A stretch of DNA of 59,493 bases. Source: a virus. Shown here piece after piece: positions 27,556 through 34,577 of this stretch. Under the pieces are notes generated by a model. That model made no database searches, was not told where the DNA came from, and was given only the letters and a program-made list of their open reading frames with translations. The DNA lies in IMG/VR virus record IMGVR_UViG_3300019458_000009, positions 1 to 59,493 of that record; one strand, given 5' to 3'. Numbering within the stretch: position 1 is the first letter of the stretch; every line of letters begins with the position of its first letter. Made by a program: the position numbers and the translations under genes.

Positions 27556-28089
27556 TCAATCAGACGCCATACGGTCTCGAGCGGAGAGCTCGAGCGCCAC
27601 GCCGGCGTCCTTCGAGGCGCCACGTGCTACCACGATCAGGTCTTCGTACTGCGGAAATAGCCGACGAGACCGGTTGACCACCACCAGGTGGTATGGCAGC
27701 TCTCGCCCGGTGGCCAGCTCCCACACCCGGCGCTGGTAACTGACCATGATCTGCTTCTTGTTCTGGAAGAGCGAACGGCAGAAGTTCACCAGCACCTCAC
27801 GGCCGAGGCGGGTGCGCCGGTTGACGAGTGCGTTGGGCCCGGACACGAAGTAGGAGAGCACCTGTCGCCGGAAGTTCACGACATGCCGCCGAGAGCCCCG
27901 GCGGCGGTCCTTGTTCGCCACGGACTCGCAGTTCTTGCACAGGCTGCTGGTCTGGTTGTACGTCCCGCCACAGAAGATCGAGCCGCGGCGGCAGCGCCAG
28001 AATTCGGCGTTGACGCCCCACGCGGTGCGCCACACCCCGTCGACGCCTCGGCGCACTTCCGTCGTCCACTTGCGCCTTGACTTACTCAT
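27556..28089 (-). CDS. Basic hypothetical protein with a zinc-ribbon-like motif, in a low-GC patch (177 aa).
   Basis: GAGG RBS, then ATG 28089. The motif is CGGTYNQTSSLCKNC. I considered a degenerate HNH/homing-endonuclease, but no clear catalytic motif is present. Confidence 0.45.
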   Translation of the reverse strand: MSKSRRKWTTEVRRGVDGVWRTAWGVNAEFWRCRRGSIFCGGTYNQTSSLCKNCESVANKDRRRGSRRHVVNFRRQVLSYFVSGPNALVNRRTRLGREVLVNFCRSLFQNKKQIMVSYQRRVWELATGRELPYHLVVVNRSRRLFPQYEDLIVVARGASKDAGVALELSARDRMASD

Positions 28090-28375
28090 CCCGCGGCCTC
28101 GGCTCAAGGACGGTCACCACGACGTGGCTGGGCATGAGCGCAGAATAGAACCAGTAGTCGCCCGATTGGCCGGGCGCCAGCTCGATCGTACGGCTCAAAA
28201 CTCCGGCTGAGGCGGTGATTCGGACCGGCCGGTCGAGGCCGTTCTTCAGTAAGAAGGTCACTCGCTGCCCGGTCAGTGACCCGCAGGCGGCGGACGTCAG
28301 CAGCGCCATCGAGAGCGCGATCACCCTGATAAACAGCATATAAATGTGACGACTCAAGACTGTCCTTTGTTTCAT
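28082..28375 (-). CDS. Small lipoprotein-like secreted protein (97 aa).
   Basis: ATGA coupling. The hydrophobic leader IALSMALLTSAAC is followed by a beta-rich body. This is the most AT-rich coding stretch of the early arm. Confidence 0.5.
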   Translation of the reverse strand: MKQRTVLSRHIYMLFIRVIALSMALLTSAACGSLTGQRVTFLLKNGLDRPVRITASAGVLSRTIELAPGQSGDYWFYSALMPSHVVVTVLEPRPRDE

Positions 28376-28629
28376 GAATTTTTAGATTGCTCGATTAAGT
28401 TCTTGAGGTACTCGTCGCAGCGCTCCAGCGAGAGGCTGGCTAACGCCGCGGAGTTCAGCAGCACCGGCAGTTGCTCTGGCGCCCACAGGTCGAGCACGAC
28501 CGGGCTCCCGTTGAACTGAAGCTCCGCGTAGTTTTGCACGAACGCCTCGGCGGCACCCATGGCCTGGTGCGGCACCAGGTACTCGTCAGCCTCGGCCACC
28601 CCAACAAACCTAACGCGCATCACGCACAC
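28372..28629 (-). CDS. Hypothetical protein (85 aa).
   Basis: GGAGGG lies 8 nt before GTG 28629. Confidence 0.5.
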   Translation of the reverse strand: MCVMRVRFVGVAEADEYLVPHQAMGAAEAFVQNYAELQFNGSPVVLDLWAPEQLPVLLNSAALASLSLERCDEYLKNLIEQSKNS

Positions 28630-28888
28630 GTTGTTCGCCCTCCACGAAGTCCAAGCGGCTGGACGGATAGCGCCCGCGCGCGACGCGCATGCGCTGGTCG
28701 ACCTCGGGGCACCCGCGGTGCAGGCAGTCGGCGCACGTGGACGGGAATGACGGAAGGATCCGCACCACGTCCTCCACTAGGCCGCAGCACCCGCACCGCT
28801 CCCGACGCCCACACCACTGCGCGAAAAAGCCGGGCGACCGGCCGCGCCGACATCCGCACGGCCGTTTATTGTGCTTTTTCTTCGGCAA
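28610..28888 (-). CDS. Possible Cys-rich mini-protein (about 92 aa). The start is uncertain.
   Basis: The only open frame between the polymerase stop and 28629. It has no ATG or GTG, and TTG 28888 is the candidate start. Motifs CGC, CGCC and C..C are present. Confidence 0.3.
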   Translation of the reverse strand: MPKKKHNKRPCGCRRGRSPGFFAQWCGRRERCGCCGLVEDVVRILPSFPSTCADCLHRGCPEVDQRMRVARGRYPSSRLDFVEGEQRVRDAR

Positions 28889-30872
28889 GGTCCAGGTCCT
28901 CGGCCTCGCTCCACCGAGCGTGGGCAATCTGCGCGTCGACGTAGATGGGTACGCGCATACGAGGCTGCCCCGCATCGTCCAGGAAGGTCTCCAGCACCGG
29001 GCGCAGCGCCCGCGCCGCCTCGAGCGCCGCCTCGCCCGGCACCTCGAACATAAGCTCGTCGTGGATCGTCACCAGGAGGCTTCCATCGAAGCGCTTGGCT
29101 ACCTCGTGCCCTCGAATGGCCTGGTACTTCAACAAGTCCGCCGAACTGCCCTGGCAGATGGCGTTGAGTGCCTGGTACGGCTTCAGTCCGCGGTCTTCCT
29201 TGCCTTGGCCCTTGCCCCAGCCCCACCGCTTGGCCGCGCGGCGCCGGCGGCCCAGGATCGTCTTGACGTAGCCGCGCTGCATAAGCGCCCGGCTCACGCG
29301 GTCCTGGAGGCCGGCGAGCTCCGGCACCTCGCGGTGGTAGGCCTCCAGGACCCGCCGCGCGGCGGCCTCGTCCACCGCCGCGTCGTTGTCCGACATGAAC
29401 CGCACCAGCTTATCCTGGCCCATGCCATACACAATGCCGAAGTTACCAGACTTCATGAGGCTGCGCTTCAAGCTGGTGCCCAGGATTCCGTTCATAAGGT
29501 CAGTCGCCCACTGGTGCATGTCCATCGTAGCGTCGCTTGCGTACGCCTGGATCAGGCGGGGCGAGTTGGTGTAGTGCGCAAAGAACCGGTACTCGATCTG
29601 GCTGGCGTCGAACAGCAGCAGCGCATAGCCCGGCCGCGGCACGAAATACTGACGGGCGCCGGGCGCGCGCCACGTCTCGACTTGGCCCTCGTTCATCTCT
29701 AGGGTAAATTCCTCTTCGTCTGGCACCTGCTGCAGGTTGGGTGAATCGGACGACATGCGGCCCGTGCGCGCGCCGAGCTGGTTGAAGTTCGAGTGGATCG
29801 CGTGATCGATCTCGCATTCTAGGTAAGCCTCGATGAACGAGTTGCGGATGTGGTGCAGCCGCCGCGCCTTGCGGATGTTCCAGAAGACGCGCCGGTGGTC
29901 CGGGTATTCCCGGATATACCGTAGCAGCACCTCGTCGTCAAACCGTGGCAGCCCATACGGGTGTCGGCCCGATGGTTTCGTGCGCCCCAGGATCGGAAGT
30001 CCCAGCTTGTGTTGGACCGCGTCGGCGAGCTCCTCGATGGAGCCCGGGTTGACCGACACGCCGATCAACTTCTCCAGCTCGGCCTCCAGCTCGATGGCCT
30101 CCGCAAGCGTATCGCGACGATCTTTTTTAAGCCGGTCTACATCTACCAGGACGCCACGCAGCTCGCTCTCCACCAGGACGCGCAGCATCTCGCACTCCAT
30201 GGCGTACACCGCCTCAACTTCCTCAGTGGCCAGCTTTGGCGCCTGCCACGCGGCCAGGCGCAGCGCGCGCTCCACATCGGAGCACCCGTACGGCGCCATG
30301 ACGTCGACCGGCACGACGGACCAATCCTGGCGGGCCTTCTTCTGGCCTATCAAGTAGGCATCCTTAGCGGCCTCTTCGTCGGCCGGCATGTTTAGGTACT
30401 TCGCGGTGATGGGCTTCAGTGAGTGCGTCGGCTCCCTTTCGTCGATCAACTGCGAGGCAAGCATCGTGTCCAGTAGCCGGGCGCCCGCGTAGTCACCGGG
30501 CTGCAGCGCGCCGTTCACGATCAAGTGCTTGAGATCAAACTTCAAATTTTGGTTGACTATGAACTTGGCCGATCGTGTGATCTGCGTTAGCCAGTGGTAC
30601 ACCTGCGCGCTGTTTAAATTTTTATCCGCGTCGCTGGGGCTGCGGTGGCGTAGTGGCAGATACCATGCCTCGCCCGGCACCGCGACGGATATTCCTAGCA
30701 GGTCGGCGTGCCAGGGATTCAGCCCGGCGCCGTCGATCTCGCGAGACTTCTGATCTGGCATTGTCTCGATATCGACCGCCACGACCGGTTGCCCGACCAG
30801 GTTCGGCAGCGATTCCCCGGGCGTGACAAGGTTCTTTTTAAACTCGAGCTTGGCCCAGCTTGGGTCGATCAT
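28866..30872 (-). CDS. Family A DNA polymerase with a 3'-5' exonuclease domain (668 aa).
   Basis: ATG 30872 sits in an ATGA overlap. Exo I is VAVDIETMP. Motif A is LLLFDASQIEYRFFAHY, motif B is RSLMKSGNFGIVYGMG, and motif C is VTIHDELMFEV. Confidence 0.9.
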   Translation of the reverse strand: MIDPSWAKLEFKKNLVTPGESLPNLVGQPVVAVDIETMPDQKSREIDGAGLNPWHADLLGISVAVPGEAWYLPLRHRSPSDADKNLNSAQVYHWLTQITRSAKFIVNQNLKFDLKHLIVNGALQPGDYAGARLLDTMLASQLIDEREPTHSLKPITAKYLNMPADEEAAKDAYLIGQKKARQDWSVVPVDVMAPYGCSDVERALRLAAWQAPKLATEEVEAVYAMECEMLRVLVESELRGVLVDVDRLKKDRRDTLAEAIELEAELEKLIGVSVNPGSIEELADAVQHKLGLPILGRTKPSGRHPYGLPRFDDEVLLRYIREYPDHRRVFWNIRKARRLHHIRNSFIEAYLECEIDHAIHSNFNQLGARTGRMSSDSPNLQQVPDEEEFTLEMNEGQVETWRAPGARQYFVPRPGYALLLFDASQIEYRFFAHYTNSPRLIQAYASDATMDMHQWATDLMNGILGTSLKRSLMKSGNFGIVYGMGQDKLVRFMSDNDAAVDEAAARRVLEAYHREVPELAGLQDRVSRALMQRGYVKTILGRRRRAAKRWGWGKGQGKEDRGLKPYQALNAICQGSSADLLKYQAIRGHEVAKRFDGSLLVTIHDELMFEVPGEAALEAARALRPVLETFLDDAGQPRMRVPIYVDAQIAHARWSEAEDLDLAEEKAQ

Positions 30873-31861
30873 AGGGTCTCCATCAAAGCGCCGGCCACCA
30901 GGGCTCGCAGACGCACGCCCCACTCGGGCAGTCGCTGTGACTCAAAGCGGCGCAGGTACTGCGGGTGCGGAAACTTGTGATGCGTGATGTTATGCTTGTG
31001 TAGATATTTCGCCGCCGATTCACCGAGCGCGATTACGATCTTTGGCGAGAGCCAAATTATCGCGCGCGGATCGAGTTCATCGCCGTCGTTGTCGTACGCG
31101 TTCACCAGGTACAACGAGCGCTCGCCCACGCCGGCGAAGTCTAACAAATCGCTGAGAGTTTTACTGCATCCGTTAAAGCCCGCGAACGGGCGCATGCCGG
31201 TTATATCGCCGCCTACCTGCTCTCCAACTAGAAGAATCTTCGGCCACAGGTAGCCCCAGCTCTGGGGCGCAAAGCCGGTGATCGTCATAGACCGATCCAG
31301 GTGCATGCGCCATACATCGAGCGACCACGTGAGCGCTTGTGCGACGGCGTCTTCATTGCCATCGGACGTATCAATCTCTGAAAGGTACGTCACGCCCCGC
31401 CGTCCCAGCGCAAGGTCTTTCAACGCAACATCGTAATATTGATTGATGGCGTTGTAATGTCCCACGGTTTGGCACATATCATCGCGGCCTCGTTCGATCA
31501 TGCGGCGCGCGATTGAATCTACGTTGGCTCGCAGGAGCACTTGCACGCTGCCCGCGCGATTAAGCTCACGCGCTACCAGGCGACGGAGGTGCGGCGTGAA
31601 CTTGGGATTTACGCCGTTACGAAACGCGGCGCCGTACGCCAACTCCGACAGGGCGAATCGATCTGACAGCTGTCCACCTTTAGTCACCGCATCTAGGTAA
31701 CTCTGTCCGTAGTTAAAATTCTCCGGCAAGCGACCCCAGTGCTGTATCTTGATAACGTCGCGCCCGTACCACCGGGGCCACTTTGCGCGGTTGATCTTTG
31801 TCCGCGCTTGATTTAAGAAGGTTGTCTTGCCGACGAAGTCGGCGCCCTCGACGATGAACAC
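30869..31861 (-). CDS. Fusion of a thymidylate/dNMP-kinase-like P-loop domain with a UDG-superfamily (family 4/5-like) domain (330 aa).
   Basis: The N-terminal half has FIVEGADFVGKTTF and SDRFALSELAYGA, the TMK-type P-loop and DRY-like block. The C-terminal half has LLVGEQVGGDITGMRPFAGFNGCSKTLSDLL and HKFPHPQYLRR, which resemble UDG motifs A and B. GTG 31861 after AGGAAA is preferred; GTG 31900 is the alternative. Confidence 0.6.
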   Translation of the reverse strand: MFIVEGADFVGKTTFLNQARTKINRAKWPRWYGRDVIKIQHWGRLPENFNYGQSYLDAVTKGGQLSDRFALSELAYGAAFRNGVNPKFTPHLRRLVARELNRAGSVQVLLRANVDSIARRMIERGRDDMCQTVGHYNAINQYYDVALKDLALGRRGVTYLSEIDTSDGNEDAVAQALTWSLDVWRMHLDRSMTITGFAPQSWGYLWPKILLVGEQVGGDITGMRPFAGFNGCSKTLSDLLDFAGVGERSLYLVNAYDNDGDELDPRAIIWLSPKIVIALGESAAKYLHKHNITHHKFPHPQYLRRFESQRLPEWGVRLRALVAGALMETL

Positions 31862-31871
31862 GATTATTTTC

Positions 31872-32900
31872 CTAATGAAAGCAAAAGTTAAATACGCCAC
31901 CGAGTTTCTGGCGCAACAGCTCTTCTAGCGTACGCCGCGCCGCCTCGGAGGTCTCCACGCCGAGTTGTACTCGCTTCCAAAGCCACGCGGTCTCGGCAAG
32001 TTGTTCAAGCGAATTGAGTTCCGCGCGGCCAATGATGCGGTCTGTCAACCTCGCCTCAGCGGTCTTAGCGTCCAGCGACTTCGTCCACGCCGCGCGTAAC
32101 GGTAATTGCAATTCAGCGTTCGGCCTTAACGGGAATGACTCAGATGTTAAAGATACGTTGTCGCCAAGTTCGCCATAGTAGTATTCCAAGATCCGCTCGG
32201 TCGCGCTCCAATTACGCTCGTACAGGTGCAATGACCCCACTTGGTGTACGTACTCTCCAACGTACGCGCCGAGCTGCTGAGCCATGAGCTCCTGCAGCGC
32301 GGTGAAACAAAAGATGTCATAAAGCGTGCCCAGCCACAGGTCGTTCGATCTCATCGTTGTAATGAGATTTAAGTGGCCGTCGCGCAGCAAAAATTGCAGC
32401 GCCAGCGTGCAGGGATAATCCTTTGTCTTAGCGCCTACGTCCGTCGGCGCGTAGATGGGGATGACCGCCTGGCGCGTGTCGGGATCGTTACGAAGTAGGC
32501 GTTGACACTTTAACCACGGCGACGTTTGTTGACTCTGGCCCAGCTCATCACGGTCCTCAACGCACGGACCAAAGATGCGCGGACCATACGCGCCGTATAA
32601 ATGCGCGCCGTCATCGGAGAACTGCCCATAGCTTGGCGCGTAGTATTTGATGTACTCCAAGTTGTCGGACCCGCACAGGTACCACGCCAGCTCACCGGCC
32701 GCGTACGCCAGCGACCAGCGCCGAAACGGGATCAACGGGATACGGGCGACCGGATCGGTGAGCGTTAACTGCGCCGCCAAAATCTCCTTAGTCCGTTGAC
32801 CGCGAGGCGCCACGTCGGTTCCGTGCCAATACACTCGGCGCAGCGCTTGCCGCCACACGTTAGTTAAACTGTCTCCGCTAACGACGCACTCGTTATCCAC
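31872..32900 (-). CDS. Thymidylate-synthase-fold pyrimidine C5 transferase, probably deoxycytidylate-specific (dCMP hydroxymethylase-like) (342 aa).
   Basis: GGAGG RBS, then GTG 32900. The block YPCTLALQFLLRDGHLNLITTMRSNDLWLGTLYDIFCF aligns without gaps to E. coli ThyA [38 protein letters not shown]. The catalytic Cys is kept and Asn177 is replaced by Asp. NDPDTRQ and SLHLYE blocks are also present. Confidence 0.7.
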   Translation of the reverse strand: MDNECVVSGDSLTNVWRQALRRVYWHGTDVAPRGQRTKEILAAQLTLTDPVARIPLIPFRRWSLAYAAGELAWYLCGSDNLEYIKYYAPSYGQFSDDGAHLYGAYGPRIFGPCVEDRDELGQSQQTSPWLKCQRLLRNDPDTRQAVIPIYAPTDVGAKTKDYPCTLALQFLLRDGHLNLITTMRSNDLWLGTLYDIFCFTALQELMAQQLGAYVGEYVHQVGSLHLYERNWSATERILEYYYGELGDNVSLTSESFPLRPNAELQLPLRAAWTKSLDAKTAEARLTDRIIGRAELNSLEQLAETAWLWKRVQLGVETSEAARRTLEELLRQKLGGVFNFCFH

Positions 32901-34098
32901 GATAAACCTCCGCGCGGGGCTTCTTTGGCCGCCAGCCGGGCACACGGTCGAGCCGCGCGACGTAGTGGGCTGGCCCAACGAGCTCGACCAACTCCTGGTC
33001 GCCCTTATATGAGACGCCGGTCGTCAGCGTCTCGTTACAAAGTTTGCCGAACCACCGCCCGACTTCCACGCAGACGCCCTTGCCGATCTGAGCGGCGCCG
33101 TCATCGCCGATGACTACCCAGTCGTCCGGCAAGCCCATGCACCGCGCCATCTCCCGCACCGAGAGCGGGCGCTGGTGATCGGGGTGGAAGTAATGCCAGG
33201 ACCCACTGTAGATTACCTTGCACGGCCGATCCGGGTGCAGCCGGTGCGGTACGTGCCAGCCTAGGTTGATGGCCTGCAAGCGCTCAGGGAGGTCCGCCCA
33301 AGGCAGGTCGCGCACGTTCTCGCCTGGCGCCAGTTTTAACGCAGCTTCAAAGTACGCCCGCGAAGCGGGCGTCGTCTTCCACCAGTAATGGTGGTTGATA
33401 TAATTCGTCGGCGAATTTTTGACCACGCCTTCCAGATCGTTTAGGGTAGATAGATCGAAGACGGGCAGCGCCGGACAATTCCACAGCGCGCCGTTGTCCT
33501 GGCCGTATAAGACGTCGTGCACTAAGACGTGCGGGCCGCGATGTCGCAGCTCATTCGTGACCGTGGTAAGCGGCGGTTGAAGCCGTTGGTCGACCCACAT
33601 GAAAATCACGCGGGGCCGCCACTGCGAGTTGCCGAACATGTTCGCGTTGTGGTACAACTCGTACAGGGTGTACCCGGCCCCGTGGGTGTGGTGTAGCCAC
33701 TCGATCAGCGGGCGCCCGGTCGTGCCCGCCTGCTGCACCGACTCAAACGCCCATATGCTAGGCTTCAGCCAGGAGGCGAGCTCCGCGAATTGGCGGATGT
33801 CCACCGTCGGCCGGGCCCAGGCGCCGTGCGCGTCTTCAGAACAGCCGTGCCCCAGTGCTGAGAAGCCGGTGCACCGCGGGTTGCCGAATAGCACGTCGAT
33901 GCCGTGAAACTTACTGGCCACGCTGGGCCAGGCCTCGAAGTCGCCGCGGTAGAACGGGATGCCTAAGTTGTGCTCTACGGTCTTTTCCCCCAGCGTGAAG
34001 ACCTCGAGCTGGGCTTGCACTTCTAGACTTTCCGCCATGCCGCAAGTAAAGCCGCCCATGAAGCAATGCGCGCCGAGCGCGGTGAAGCGAGCAGTCAT
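32893..34098 (-). CDS. DNA (cytosine-5)-methyltransferase-like protein (401 aa).
   Basis: Motif I is HCFMGGFTCG, motif IV GNPRCTGFS, motif VI FESV, and motif VIII NSQWRPRVIF. Motif IX is RPLSVREMARCMGLPDDW and motif X is IGKGVCVEV. An ATGA overlap joins it to the upstream gene. Confidence 0.7.
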   Translation of the reverse strand: MTARFTALGAHCFMGGFTCGMAESLEVQAQLEVFTLGEKTVEHNLGIPFYRGDFEAWPSVASKFHGIDVLFGNPRCTGFSALGHGCSEDAHGAWARPTVDIRQFAELASWLKPSIWAFESVQQAGTTGRPLIEWLHHTHGAGYTLYELYHNANMFGNSQWRPRVIFMWVDQRLQPPLTTVTNELRHRGPHVLVHDVLYGQDNGALWNCPALPVFDLSTLNDLEGVVKNSPTNYINHHYWWKTTPASRAYFEAALKLAPGENVRDLPWADLPERLQAINLGWHVPHRLHPDRPCKVIYSGSWHYFHPDHQRPLSVREMARCMGLPDDWVVIGDDGAAQIGKGVCVEVGRWFGKLCNETLTTGVSYKGDQELVELVGPAHYVARLDRVPGWRPKKPRAEVYRG

Positions 34099-34577
34099 GA
34101 GACCCTCTTATCCACGATGTCGATGTGCTGCGCCAACAGCAGCGGGGCCAGGTCGGGCGGTTCATAACCTTCGCCCTTGGGATGCAACGGCGACTTGGCC
34201 TCTTGGTTCGCCGTCTTCGTCATGTTGCTGCGTTGGATCTCTGCGAAGATCGGCGCCAGGTCGATGCCGGCCGCGACGGCCGAGCCGAGTACGACGTACA
34301 GCAGGTCGCCGAGCGCGTCGGCGATCTTCACCACGTCCAGCTGGTGCCACGCCTCCATGAGCTCGCCGGACTCAGAAATCACCATGTGGGCGCGCTCGAC
34401 GCCGGTCTTCCACCACTCGTGGAGCCAGGCCTCGTAACCTTGCGGAAGATGGCAGGCCTTCGTACTGCATCCGGACTTCAACAGGTCGACCACGAAGCCG
34501 TGCTTCTCATGAAAGGTTTTAACCGCCGCCTGCGCTTCACGCAGCGATGGATCGTGCGAGTTAGATCCTGGGCTCAT
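34095..34577 (-). CDS. MazG-like all-alpha NTP pyrophosphohydrolase (160 aa).
   Basis: ATG 34577 sits in an ATGA overlap. The blocks ISESGELMEAW ... ADALGDLLYVVLGSAVAAGIDL ... EIQRSNMTK are typical of MazG-type pyrophosphatases. Confidence 0.65.
   Translation of the reverse strand: MSPGSNSHDPSLREAQAAVKTFHEKHGFVVDLLKSGCSTKACHLPQGYEAWLHEWWKTGVERAHMVISESGELMEAWHQLDVVKIADALGDLLYVVLGSAVAAGIDLAPIFAEIQRSNMTKTANQEAKSPLHPKGEGYEPPDLAPLLLAQHIDIVDKRVS

Noticed and set aside
27556-28089. An HNH or other homing endonuclease in the AT-rich patch.
   Set aside because: The protein is basic with a CxxxxxxxxxCxxC element, but I could not find an HNH, GIY-YIG or LAGLIDADG catalytic signature. I left it as hypothetical.
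28689-29702. Long plus-strand ORFs antisense to the DNA polymerase, SNF2 helicase and other early genes. Examples are 28689-29702, 49536-50999, 50171-51178, 39824-40714, 48487-49767(-) and 54270-55348(-).
   Set aside because: They are GC-rich shadow frames opposite to, or out of frame with, genes that carry unambiguous catalytic motifs. Their products are Arg/Pro/Gly/Ala low-complexity sequence.
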